Source: Mesotaenium endlicherianum (Eukaryota). From it: a DNA stretch of 64,000 nt. Every line of letters begins with the position of its first letter. Position 1 is the first letter of the stretch. Of the stretch, positions 1-12,929 are shown in pieces. The stretch spans positions 152,403-216,402 of the forward strand of contig WELA01001020.1 of NCBI GenBank assembly GCA_009602735.1. The letters run 5' to 3'. A program made the position numbers and the translations under genes. Below the pieces are notes generated by a model, which was not told the DNA's origin, made no database searches, and worked only from the letters and a program-made list of their open reading frames with translations.

Positions 1-3
<3 letters not shown>

Positions 4-36
<33 letters not shown>
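4..36. repeat. (CA)n microsatellite
   Basis: Direct inspection. Confidence 0.95.
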
Positions 37-38
<2 letters not shown>

Positions 39-314
39 CACGGACGCACACTTCCACCCACCCACACAGATACACACGAACAAGCAGAATACTCTACATC
101 GGAAAGGGCAGGCCTGAGCCTGCGACATGCCAGCACTGCACGAAGCCCTCCGCTAGGGGCCACAGTAACACACGCGATTGCAGTGTGCCTTTGGCAGGCT
201 GACGGAAACAGGAACAGGAGCAGAGCCGGGGGCAGGAATAGGACGTCGCTCCTGCCGGGTGGTGCTTCTACAACACGACCGCATCAGCATTGGCTCCAGA
301 GCTAGCGGGCCGCC

Positions 315-2482
315 ATGCTCTGCTCTGCCCTCGCCCGAGCGTTTCCCGGCCACCTCCTGGCCGCCCGCAGCGCATGCGTCGCCCTCACCCGGCAGCTGCC
401 GCCTGGCACGTTCTCCCCGGCCCTCGGACCGCAGCTGCCGCCCGGAACCAGAAGAGCCGCCGCACCGGGCGCAACAAGCACATTGGGCACAAGCAGTGCA
501 GCTGCCCGCTTGCATGCTGAGCGCTTTGCGCGACCTCTTTGCGTGTGCCGCTCGGCCTCCTCGGCAGCCCATGGGGGAGCAGGGACTGGGGCAGGGGCGG
601 GGGCAGAGGCGGGAGAGGGCGACTCGTCGAATGCGCCCGACGTGACACGCAAGGCCGCCGCCCTCATCATAGGGAACGAGATTCTGACGGGGAAGATACA
701 GGACACCAACACCGCCACGCTAGGTATCCGCGTCGCCTCTGCCTGCCTGCGTCTCGGTCTACAGGTTGGGCTGCCGTGGGCGACGCTCTTAGGGTTTGCC
801 ACGTGGCCCTTTTCTCAAAGCAGCTGCAAAAAAGTTGTACCCAAGCCAGTGTGCATCCGCTGCCTGCGGCCGTCACAGAAGCGAGATAGGGCCATGTAGT
901 ATTTACGGCATGTGTGTGCTTTTGTGTGTGTGTGTGTGTGTGCGTGTGTGTGTGTGTATGTGCCTGTGTGTATTTGTGTCTGTGTATGTGAGCGCACGCG
1001 CACGTGAGAGCATGCGTACGCGGGCGTGTATGTGTGCGTGTGTGGCATTCAAGTGGTCCTCCCGTTGCGCCCCACCTGTCTCATGCTAAGAAAAAAACTG
1101 GGGGGACTCTCCTCCACTCTACTCTTCGGGGGTGGGCGGGGGGGCGGACGGGTGGGCTGGCGGGCTGACGGGCGGGCGCGTTCAACGGAGAAGCAAAGAC
1201 GCTGTTCAGCCGAGGGGTGGACATGGTGCGCGCGGAGGTGGTGCTTGACGTGGAGAGCCACATCGTGGACGCCATCCATCGCCTCCGCGCGTGCGTGGGC
1301 GACTCCGGCGTTGTCTTCACCAGGTGGGCATTTGGCTGGCTGGCTGACTGACTGACTGACGCAGGGGGAGGGGGGGAAGGGGGGGGGAGGGAAGGGGGGG
1401 GGCACCTGCTGGTGTTTCAAACGAACCTTCTGCCCCTGCTTCTTCCCTCCTCATTTTCCGCTCTCCCCAAGCCTTCTCTCCTTCCTCGGAGGAGCCCCCC
1501 TCCAGGGGCGCAGGTGGGTCGCCGCTCTTCCTTGGCCCCGCCGCTGGTCCTGCTGCCCCTGCTCCTGCTGCTGGCAGACGGTTCCACAGCCCTGCCTCCC
1601 TCCCTCTCTCCCTCCCTCCCTCCCTTTGTCCTTCCCTCTCTTTTTGCACGAGCGTGAGGGGAGTGGTGGAGCTCACCAGCAAGACTCCGGAAGGCGGCTT
1701 CAGCTTCAGCTCAGGTCGCTTGCTCGTGTGCCCCTCGTACCAATCCCTGCCAGAGCTGGGGGCGGGGGCGTGCGAGAGGCGCAGGCAGATCCTCTGGCCA
1801 TGCACGCAGCCTGCCGTGCCATGGCCTCCTGCCGCGTGCCTGCTCCATCCATCCCGCCCTCCAGCTCAGTGGTCCTCGGAGGATGTTCCTCGAGACCCAG
1901 CAGTGGTGGTGGTTGGGGCGCGCTCGCGCGCGCGCGTGTGCGTGCGTGCGTGGGTGGGATTCTGCTGTAGTCGGATGAGCGCGCGCACGCGCGTGCGGTC
2001 GGGCGGGCGGGCTTGTGGGCAGGAGCGAGCGTGTGGCAGTGGCGGCGCAGAGAGCGTCTTGCCTCACAGAGCATGTCGTCACTGGTGCTGCACGGCTGGC
2101 AGAGGACTCAGAGGCACTCAGAGGACACCGGGCAGCCGCCTACCGCGGCCACTGCCTCTGCCGCCTCCGCTTCCTCCTCTCTTCCCTCACTTGCTCTCTT
2201 TTTCCTGCAGAGGGTTTGGAGAAAGTGACGGCGTGCGCGTGCATGCGTATGGGCAGCGGGGGCATCGGCCCAACGCACGATGACATCACGTACGCTGCTC
2301 TGGCAGCTGCCTTTGGCCGCCAGCTTGTGCTCCATGAGCCCACTGTTGAGGTGAGGGCGTGAGCCCAGTTGCCCCTCCCCTTCCCACTCCTGCCGTCCCT
2401 TCTCTCTCACACGCACTTACACACACATACACACACACACATACACGCATGTGCGTACGCTCTGGGAGGGATGACCGTCAGC

Positions 2483-2531
<49 letters not shown>

Positions 2532-4346
2532 NNNNNNNNNNNNNNNNNNNNNNNNNNNNNNNNNNNNNNNNNNNNNNNNNNNNNNNNNNNNNNNNNNNNN
2601 NNNNNNNNNNNNNNNNNNNNNNNNNNNNNNNNNNNNNNNNNNNNNNNNNNNNNNNNNNNNNNNNNNNNNNNNNNNNNNNNNNNNNNNNNNNNNNNNNNNN
2701 NNNNNNNNNNNNNNNNNNNNNNNNNNNNNNNNNNNNNNNNNNNNNNNNNNNNNNNNNNNNNNNNNNNNNNNNNNNNNNNNNNNNNNNNNNNNNNNNNNNN
2801 NNNNNNNNNNNNNNNNNNNNNNNNNNNNNNNNNNNNNNNNNNNNNNNNNNNNNNNNNNNNNNNNNNNNNNNNNNNNNNNNNNNNNNNNNNNNNNNNNNNN
2901 NNNNNNNNNNNNNNNNNNNNNNNNNNNNNNNNNNNNNNNNNNNNNNNNNNNNNNNNNNNNNNNNNNNNNNNNNNNNNNNNNNNNNNNNNNNNNNNNNNNN
3001 NNNNNNNNNNNNNNNNNNNNNNNNNNNNNNNNNNNNNNNNNNNNNNNNNNNNNNNNNNNNNNNNNNNNNNNNNNNNNNNNNNNNNNNNNNNNNNNNNNNN
3101 NNNNNNNNNNNNNNNNNNNNNNNNNNNNNNNNNNNNNNNNNNNNNNNNNNNNNNNNNNNNNNNNNNNNNNNNNNNNNNNNNNNNNNNNNNNNNNNNNNNN
3201 NNNNNNNNNNNNNNNNNNNNNNNNNNNNNNNNNNNNNNNNNNNNNNNNGGGGGGGGGGGCGGCAGAGGATGAGGGTGCACTATGGGGCGCAGGGCAAGGA
3301 GCTGAATGAAGCCCGGCTCCGCATGGCCCTCATCCCTCAAGGCACTGCCCCCCTCCCTCTCAAACTCCACCCTCCCCCTCTCCCCTTCCCGCATACCCCC
3401 TCTCCATGGCCCCTCCACAAGCACGCACCCCCATGTATCCACCGTGAGGAGGAAGGTGCGCTTTGGAGTCGGAGTCGGAATCAGAGTTGGAGGAAGCTGA
3501 AAGAGAGAGGAGACGCACGCTAGAGTCCTCCGCTTGATTGTCGTTCCCGTTGCAGGACCAGGGCAGGCAAGGCAGGGCAGAATGGACTCTCTGCTACGCA
3601 CGTTGCGTGCATGCGTGCGTGCGTGCGCATGTGCGTGCATGCGCAGGGGAGCGGGCCTGCGGGGCCTCCAGCCAGCAACTCTGACAGGACAGATGAGCAC
3701 GCTTGCACCCTCCCTCTGTCTCTCTCTCTCCCTCTCTCTCTCTCTTTCTCTCTCGTGGTGCTGGTGAGGGCGCTGCTGGGCTGCGATTGCGCGCGCGCGT
3801 GCTTGCGAGCGTGCAGGCAGCGAGGTGCTGGTAACCGAGGGGCTGTGGGTGCCCCTGGTGGTGCTGGAGAGCAACGTCTACATTCTGCCCGGCGTGCCCA
3901 GCCTCTTCACGCGCATGCTGGACGCGCACAAGCACGTACGCATGCACGCTCACCCCACATTTGCGCTGGGAAATTGGTGCCTGCTGCTGCCCAACTTGCT
4001 CTCAGCCTCAGTCTCAGTTTCAGCCCCGGGGGGGCCTTACGAGCAAAACGTGTGTGAACTGGAGTTGTGTCGAGTTGGGTGGGGTGGCCCGCGGGGGCTG
4101 ACAGCCGGGGCAGCCAGTGAGCAGCGTTACCTGCCTGCCAGCTGGCACTGGCAAGAGCAGGGTGGATGGGGCGAGAAGCTAGCTGCCGGTCTGGGACTGA
4201 CTCCCGTCTGGCTCCCCTCTGCGCCCCGAAGTTGAGTCCTGGCTGGGCCCACCCCTGGACCCTGGCCGGCCCTGACTTTCACTCTAACTCCCATCCTTTC
4301 TCCGGCTCCTGTGCTTGTGTGTGTGTGTGTATGTGTGTGTGTGTAT

Positions 4347-4377
<31 letters not shown>

Positions 4378-5588
4378 CGCGCGCGTTGGTTGCAGAGGTT
4401 CAAGGGACCAGCGAGCACGACGTTCATGCTCTATACGCACATGGTCAGTCTCTCCTCACCTTCCCATTCCCTCCTGCTGCAGTTGTCTCCTCCTTGCTCC
4501 AAGTTCTGCGGGAGTGCCTGGTCAGGCTCAGGCGCCCCTCCCCAGTCTCCTCTCTCCCAGGTGGTGCCTTGGTGGCAAGAGTGAATTGAGGCGTTCCCCT
4601 TGGAAGTTGCCGGAACAAGGAGGGAGGGCCACGTTGCGACATTTGTTGGAGCACCACGTGTGTCTAGCCTATGGTAGTAAGCGTCACTTCATATCCTGGA
4701 TACATCACGATGACATATATTCTGCCAGATATGTATGCCCCAAGGTACAGACCCAGATGATCAAAAGTGATCGAACTCTGTGCGGTGGGCAACTGGAGAT
4801 GGGGGCTGGTGGCGAAGTTGGCTGCTCCTGCCAAGAGAAGCTACGCAGCTTTGAAGCAATGCGTGTGTCATTGTGTGCTGCACCAGATGCGGATCACTCG
4901 TTGTCCTCTTCCGGGGCATTTTTCAACTTGACCATTCAGTCAATCTGCAGGAGGAAGAAAGAAAGAAAACAATCAAATAGACAATAAGACAAACTCAAGA
5001 AGTGGGTGTCAAGTGTGAATGCATCTGGTGTCTGCCAATCGTATGGTGCCCTCCTCTCGCGCCAAATATCGCGCGCGGGTAACTGCATGCGGCAGCCCCT
5101 CACTGGCTATGTGTCTCTTCAAGTGGGTGCACGCAGGGGGAGGGTGACCTGGCCAAGGAGCTGACGAGCATCGCAACCGACTTCCCCGATGTCTCCATCG
5201 GCAGTTACCCCGCAACACGAGCCAGCGATGACTTCACCACGAGGTACTTTGCGTTCGTTGCTCGTGAACTTGTTTGCATCCGCACGGGCAGATAGCTTTT
5301 GCAAGCTTGTATGTGGTGGGGATATTATTTGGCTGCCTTCGATGCATGCCTAATATAGGCGCATGTTAATATGTGAAGGTGGGCAGTTTTGTGGGGCTAA
5401 CGTTGGGTTTGCATCGCCTCCAGGTAGTGATTGCTCTTGAAAGCACCTGGCGCCTCATTGTCTCCTTCTGGGGGCTCTCTGGCTTCAGTTGGCGTTTGAA
5501 GGAAGAAACGTTGAGACGGTGGAGGCTGCGGTACTCGCTGCTGAGAAGAGCATCAAATGTTTCAGAAAGTCGTCTGAATAGTGTCTGA
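315..5588 (+). CDS. CinA-like/molybdopterin-binding domain protein (FAD diphosphatase-like; FLAD1 MPTb/Fpy1 type) with probable organellar transit peptide
   Basis: Exons 315-723, 1194-1323, 2257-2350, 3266-3341, 3817-3935, 4396-4443 and 5137-5243 join in phase. They give the family motifs AAALIIGNEILTGKIQDTN, VFTSGGIGPTHDDITY, RLRMALIP, NVYILPGVP and GEGDLA...VSIGSYP. The last exon (~5489-5581/5588) has an unresolved phase. Confidence 0.85.
910..1045. repeat. Imperfect (TG)n/(CG)n microsatellite in an intron
   Basis: Direct inspection. Confidence 0.9.
2532..3248. other. Assembly gap (N), flanked by (CT)n and poly-G
   Basis: Run of n. Confidence 1.
4310..4386. repeat. (TG)n(CG)n microsatellite immediately upstream of a splice acceptor
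   Basis: Direct inspection; acceptor AG at 4394-4395. Confidence 0.9.
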
Positions 5589-6516
5589 TATAAACTAAGA
5601 TTTGAGGCACCGACTATGGGGTCAATGCTGTATAGAACAAAATAAGTGCCTGCACCAATGGAAGTACATGGACTCAGTTCGTCCACAGACTAAATTGCAA
5701 TGGTCATTTATTTACGTCCCAACCAAGTTGCTTGGTAATTATAAACTCAGTGGCATGTAGAGGAATCAAGTTGACGACCCCCACTGCATGATCAAATAAT
5801 GTTCATTCCATTGGTGCAAAAACGTGATATCTAGTGGTATGGTGTCCACTGGAAGCTAGTTTCTTGCTCAGCTAGTGTTGCGCAACGCATGCATATTTTC
5901 TTGCATAATGGACATTAAGAACATCCACGATCTCCCTTATATGTGAGTGCAACTTAGAGTGCAGCGTGCATTCAATGAGGTCGCTCCTAAAACACACAAA
6001 GTCATCATTTTGCTGCTCATCAACGCTGTGGCGGCCACAAAGCATTTCCTCTCAATCAATAGTTGAACAGCACAACAGTTCCATGGCTAACGCCCTACTT
6101 GGCTACACGAGGCAGGACCTGTCCACCGCTACAAATATTCTTGTACAATCGACTCTAACGCAATAAGCTCGTTTTTTATAGTAATAGATGATAAGACAAC
6201 GAACATCCTAGATGACGCCAAACAACAGGGACAAAAATGATGTATCCTGATATCTGTAAGAAGTTGTATTCCTTAGGACCTGTTGCCACCACTTGCCCGA
6301 TATAACCTTCTCAAAGATCTCTTCAAGTGCACGGGTGACCTCCTTTCTCTCCGCTTCCGAGTGCGTGGTACATCCTAGTCAGAAAAGCCCTCGCGCTTCA
6401 GACTTGCACTTCTCTCTTCAAGACTGTGTACCCAATCGATGCACGTGCAGGCACGCTAACAAGGGATACCAACTCCAAGTATCAAAGGGACCAACCAACC
6501 CAACGAACCTGAAGAA

Positions 6517-9500
6517 TCACTTGCCCTTCTTGTCGAGCCCCACCTCGACGCGCCGGATCTCAAACACGAGCATGCGCCACATCTTGAGCACAAACATCTC
6601 CGCCTCCTCGTCCAGCACGGAGGTCAGGAGCTCCAGCATGGCGCCCGCATCGATGTGCTTCTGCAAGTTGGTGACAATGAAGTCGACCAGCGTGGTCTCC
6701 TCCTCGCCCAGGTACTCCTGGATCTTGCGCGAGATCCAGGGCTTCATCCGAAGGTGCAGATCGTTCTGCGTTCGGACAAAAGAGGGGAGAAATGCAGGAC
6801 AAGAATGGGCCCCTGGTGAGGACAGAACTTGATGGTCCGGATTGTTCTGTACTTGGACAGAGGACGGAGCATTACCAAAACCAGCACGGGAACAGGGTAA
6901 GGACAGGGATATATTACGGAAGTTTCATATTAAGCAGTGATAAGAGCCAGCAACCTCAGAAGCAGAGCGGCGTGCGAGGGTGTGGTGCCTACAGGTGATA
7001 CTGGAGAGGTGATAAGAAGGGCAATGATATGCGCATTCGTGTTGTATTTGTGCAACGTCTGACAGAGGAAGCCTCTCAAAGACCTGCAACCTGATGCTCT
7101 AATTAGTTACACCTCACAGACATCCTGCAACACGTTGCTTAGCACACGTACTGAGAAGTCCGTGAGATTTTGCAGAGATTTCAACGGGAGGCCCTTAAGA
7201 AATGCAAGCAGCATCGGTGGTACGGAATACATGTACGTCCAGCACTAGGTGACCCCGCGCAGACGACAACCAAAAAAAGGCATCAAGGCCCGAGGCCTTT
7301 CAGGCTACCGTCATGATATAGCAAGGGTGGGGCCACACGGTCACACAACACACACACGTGCGCGCGCACACACAGAGCCAGCCATCATCTGCAGCAGGTG
7401 CCTCAAACCAAGCAGGCCTCCTCACAGTGCCACCAGCTGCATGCGGAATGCAGAGTGGTGAAGGAAGCAGGGAGGACGTGAGAAAGCGGCAACAGGGCAG
7501 GCGAATAGGGAAGGTGGAAACAGGGGGCTCCCTCACCGAGTCGTACACCTCCCAGTTGACGGGGAACCCAAAGAGTGCTTCCTTGGTCTTGGGAATGGTG
7601 TCAATGAGAGACTTGGCATCCACCACCGCCGCCGTCTCTTCCTCCTTCTTGCCGCCACTGCTGGGCTCCTTCTCGCTCTTCCCGTCGCGCTCTGACCTCC
7701 CCCTCTCCCTCTCTTTGTCCTTGTCCGACCTGCCTCGCTCCCGACCCCTGTCCCGCTCCCTGTCCCGCTCCCTGTCCTTGGCCCCCCTGTCCCTGTCTCC
7801 TCTGTCTCCGTCCTTCTCCCGCTCCCGATCTAGCCCTCTCTCACGCCCGTCCTTGCTAGCAGTGCCGTCTTTTGCGCTAGGCCCATTCCCGCTCCCGCCA
7901 GGACCGCCCGGCTGCGACAGCGACTTGGCAAACTCCATGGCGGCCGCCAGGTTGGCGGCAAATCCTGCGCTGCCAGCTGGAGGCCCCCCGCCGGCCCCCA
8001 CAGGCGGAAAGCCGTGTACGGCGCTGCCCAGCCCTGAAGGCGTGGGCGCCGGGGTGGGGGCTGCACCCGGCGTGTTGACGTGGAGGCTGGGGGGGTGCTG
8101 CTCATGCTCGTCTTCGTAGTCCAGAGGCACGAGCTGCCTGGTCTTGCTCTGGGCAACCGTGTCGTCCTCCTCCGGCATGAAGGCCGACGCCAGCGTGAGC
8201 TTGCCGCTGCCGCCCGCTGCTGCAAGACCGAATGCGAGCCGCCGCTTGTTTTCTGCAGCGGCGGCGGCGGCGGCGGCGGCGGAGTCCTTTTCGGCCCTGG
8301 CCAGCTGGCTGCTGGAGATTGTTTCTGCGCAAGCACCCCATGCAAACACAGCACTGAGCAAAAGTGTCTGCAAGCAGGAGTATACTCGCTTGCCTACTGC
8401 TACTGAGGAAGTACCAGGCTGCCAGTGGAGCAGCAGCAGCAGCAGCAGAAAGAGGTGCCACGCTAACACCACTAGTGACTTCAGCCCCTCGAACTGACAA
8501 AACCCCGGTCACACCTCCGGTGTGCTCCCTCATGTTTGAGAGCTGGGCAACAAAGGCGGCATAGACTCCATCACCTTTCCCACAGCCCTGCCACTTCAAG
8601 GCTCTGGGACCTGGAGAAGCTGACCCAAAAGGGAGGAGGGCACACGCTCAGAAACCGCCGCAGCCCGTGTTCCAGCAGTTACAGTATAAAGCGTCCAAAC
8701 AACAGGCATTGGCTGCACACGTGGTAGTAAGGAACTTGCAAGGTGATGCATGCGCACACCATACAAGCAGGGGCAGGCGGGAGGGGGGAGATGGGGAGGC
8801 GGGGTGGTGGCAAACACGACAGACCTGCGGCGTACGGGCTGCTGTGCTCGGGCTTGGACGAGTCGAGCTTGCGAGCCTTGGCTGCAAGAGCAGCGACAGG
8901 GTCAGGCAGCGGAGGCAGCGACGCAGGAGGAGCAGCATCGGCATCACCCGCGTCGCCTCGCTCTCCGTGCGGCCTAGGAGGCTCGATCTTGACGGCAATG
9001 GGGGGGAGAGGTCCGCCTGGCAGGAGAGCGCCGGCATAGGGGCTGGCGGAGAACGCAAGGGATGGGGGCTCGGCAGGTGGCATGTTGCTGAGCATGCTGC
9101 CGTTGCCGGTCAGCGTGCCTGACAGCGCAGCACTCGCATAGGGTGACAGCGCGCGGAAGCCGCCTGGCGCAGCCGCCGGCGGAGCAGGGGGGGCAGTATG
9201 CCCAGGCTTGGTGACAGCAGGCTCGTGCGCGAAGTCCTCTGACTGATGGTGACGATGAGAATGAGCATGAGCATGAGCATGGGCATCGTGAGCATCCAGC
9301 ATGAGCACATCCTTGTGCTCCTGGACCAGCAGCGGGCCATTCCCTTCGCCTCTGCCAGTTTCTGCAGCCGTTGTCGGGTCTCTGTCCTCCCCTTGTTCCG
9401 CTTCAGACTCCACGTGCTCGCCACTCAGCCTCCGCCGCTTGGCATCAGCTGCAGATTCCTGCTCCTGCTCTGAATCCTGCAGCTCCTTCAGCCGGTCCAG

Positions 9501-12500
9501 CTCATCATCCTCGGCCTCGCGCAAGCGCCTCCGTGACTTCTCCTCATACAGGTGTCGCGCCCTGCTGCCACCACCCCCTCCCCGTTGCCGCACGTCCTCG
9601 TTATCGCTCAGACCCGCCTCCTCCTCCTGCTCCTTCACCAGCCGCCGGCGCTCCTTCTCCCGCTCCCGCTCCCGCTCCCTCTCCTTCTGCCGCAGCCTCT
9701 CCCGCTCCCTCTCCCGCGCCTCCCACTCCCGCTCCCGCTCCTCATACAGCCTCTCCGTGTCCCGCAGAGCCCTGTCCCTGTCCCGTTCCCGCCGACTCCG
9801 CTCCCGCTCCCTCTCCCTCTCCACCCGATCAAACTCTCGGTCCTTGTCCCGCTCCGCGGTGTCCTTGTCCGGCGTCACCACGACAACGTCCCGCGACCCG
9901 TGCCTCCTGGCTCTCTCGTCGCCCCCCTCCACCCTCTCCCTGTCCCGCTGGTGGTGGTCCTCTGAGGCGACCTCTGCCGCTTCCTCCACCCTGCCTGGTG
10001 TAGGAGTGTGCACCAGCTTTGAGTCCTCCTCATTCTCTACTGCTGGATCTCCCCCCCCCACCCGGCCCCCCCCTCNNNNNNNNNNNNNNNNNNNNNNNNN
10101 NNNNNNNNNNNNNNNNNNNNNNNNNNNNNNNNNNNNNNNNNNNNNNNNNNNNNNNNNNNNNNNNNNNNNNNNNNNNNNNNNNNNNNNNNNNNNNNNNNNN
10201 NNNNNNNNNNNNNNNNNNNNNNNNNNNNNNNNNNNNNNNNNNNNNNNNNNNNNNNNNNNNNNNNNNNNNNNNNNNNNNNNNNNNNNNNNNNNNNNNNNNN
10301 NNNNNNNNNNNNNNNNNNNNNNNNNNNNNNNNNNNNNNNNNNNNNNNNNNNNNNNNNNNNNNNNNNNNNNNNNNNNNNNNNNCCCGGCCCCCCCCTCCCC
10401 CCAGTAGAGAGAGAGAGACAAAGAGAAGCTATAAGTGAAAGGATCCTCACGGCAGAACAGCTAGGAGGCCCAACCAGTCGACGAAGTCGTATGGAAGCAG
10501 CCGGTCACGCTTGATCGCAGAGTAGGGAGCTTGAATTGCCACAGGCAGAGAGATGAGAAAGCGTCAACTCATACCGCCTGCTGCTTGGGCGCGAAGTCGC
10601 ACAGGAATTGACCGCCTCCGTGAGTACTTAGAGCGGCTAGGCAGGCACGCACAGCCAGTCAACCTCAGGAGCAACCAGCTGACATGCTGCTACTGAGCTC
10701 GCTGCAGCTCCCTCTAGATCCAAGCATACAGGTAAGCTCTCAGCCCGCGTTCCGCCAGAAGGCTCTCCTTTGATGCTTGCATTTCCATGTCAGCAGAAGC
10801 GCAGCCACGGGGTGGCAGCAGCAGGGCGCTTCGCCCCAACACCGCTGCAGGCCTGCTGCTAAATCAGAGAGGATCATGGTCACGCACCTTGATCGTTGTC
10901 GCCATCTCCCGTCTTGTCAGGCGTGCCCTCAGTCTCCATTTTCGCGCCCACTGGGGGTAGAAGAGGGGGTGGCGGTGGCAGTATCCTCTGCCTGCCAACC
11001 CAGACCACACAAGGCACGCGGTGATGCCACGTGACAGGCATTGCTCTCAGCATTTATGCTCCCAGGCTTCCAGGGAGAATGGGCAGGCAGGCGTGCAATC
11101 TTTACACCGCCCTACAGCTGACCACCAGACTGCCCCAAAGTGTCACTTGACTGTCTATCTGTCAGAAGCACGGCCACGCCCTAATTTTTTCCTCTCCTCA
11201 TCAGCTCTGAGACACGCGGGCATGGCAACCATGACGCGTGGGGATCAAAGGGAGATGGGAGCTACTTCCAGAGGAGGTCAAGGCACAACGCACCTCTCCT
11301 CCACCATGGCCGTAAGCTTCTCCTGGGCGTCTCTATCAGCGTCTCTGTCAGACTTGCTCACCAGCCCAAACCTCTTCCCTTCGTCCTTCCCCTCTTCTTC
11401 CTCTTCCTCTTCCTTCTCCTCCACCTTTTTCATTTCCTCCTCATCTGGCGCTCCAGCCGCATCCTCTCCTGGAGCCGCTTCTTCTTTGTTTGGCTCCCCG
11501 TCAGCAGCAGCTGCCACTTTGTCAGCCTCCCCCAGGTCCCTGGCCGTCTCATGCTCCTTCTTTCTCGCCACGTACCGTTCCAGGTACTCTCTCGTAGCCT
11601 GATTCACATTGAGCTGCACGATACACTCAGCCCCCACCCACCTCCCTCCAAAAGAAAGACCCACGCACGAACGTGCGATGCCAAGATTCAGGTCATAAAC
11701 TCAGCTTTGCACCCGCATCACACTGCACAAGAACAAGATAATGATATGAAGCCACGCTCAATGACTGTGTCGGCATAGGGTCTTGTCTTCACGTTCTTCA
11801 CGAGCTCCTCACCTGGCTCCAGATTGGGCTCCGCCGCTGCAAGTCTCGTGGGTAGCCAAGAAGGGCCGCAAGTGCCGCACTAGCTTGCCAAAGAAAAGAC
11901 CAGACCTCCCTTCCCTGAGGGGCCACGCGCTGGCTGGCTGTCTAGTACGCCCTCAGGATAATGCTGTGTCAAAAAGTATGTCTTTCCTCCCCTTCCAGGT
12001 TAGCAAGAAGGCCCTTCCCGGCTGGAGCGCGATAGCTAACCTCATTCATCCCTACAGTGATTGCTATGCTTGTATCACCGCCGCATTGCACAAGCACTTC
12101 GAGGGTGAAAGCACCACGAGCCATCCCAGGTACCCCGGCATCTTCGAGGAAGCTGATGTCTCGTGGCTTACAAGCTTAAGCCAAGGCTCATGGCTCAGAG
12201 ATGACCACTAGCAGCACCCAACTCAAAAAACGCTCCCATTCGGCAGCGCTGCAATAGGGCCAGCCTTCGAAGACCCACTGCAGGGCTCTGTGCATAGGAC
12301 TACACCACACCAGTAGTAAGCTGGTCATCTTCGAGCTGGAAAAGTTGATATCAAAGAGTTGGAAGCTAACAAGGTGTCAGAAGACAGCCCACCTCAACTC
12401 CATCAACCACTATTCCTGGGACTCCGCCTGCACGTGTGCAGCACGTCCCTGTCATAGAGCTCGTCTCTGAAAGGTGGTACATCCACGCTTTAATGACCGT

Positions 12501-12898
12501 CCTTAGCCAGTGGCCCAACCAAGATGCATGCTCAAGTCATGTATATGGTGCCACCGTCCAATATATTACATACCCCCCCCCTTCCCCCCTTGTTCCCTCT
12601 TACTAGTATATTGATGTCAGAGGGAAATGTACCCGCTGAACCTAAAAGTAGCAAGAAAATTGTACAGCTTTGGCAACTACAGCGCGAGATTCTCACCAGG
12701 AGGTCTTGGCCGTCGAGGGTGTACTTGTTAAGGAGGCGCAGTGCCCGCAGGACGCCCTCCGCATGCTCAAACTCGCAGAACCCAAAGCCCTTAGGGATTC
12801 CCGAGGTGGGGTCTTGAGCCCTTTTCCAGGTCTTGATGGGGCCGCACAGCTGGCCCAAGGTTCAAGCGAGGGCAGTACGGGCAGGGCAGAGCAGCATT

Positions 12899-12929
<31 letters not shown>

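Noticed and set aside
724..1193. GTATCC donor resembling a U12 GT-AG intron
   Set aside because: It continues GC rather than TT, there is no TCCTTAAC-type branch, and a U2-like GCTGAC lies near the acceptor.
2359..3874. Long ORFs spanning N runs (also 8679-10450)
   Set aside because: Artefacts of assembly gaps.
7358..10407. Long plus-strand Ser/Arg/Pro-rich ORFs
   Set aside because: Antisense shadows of GC-rich RBM25 exons.
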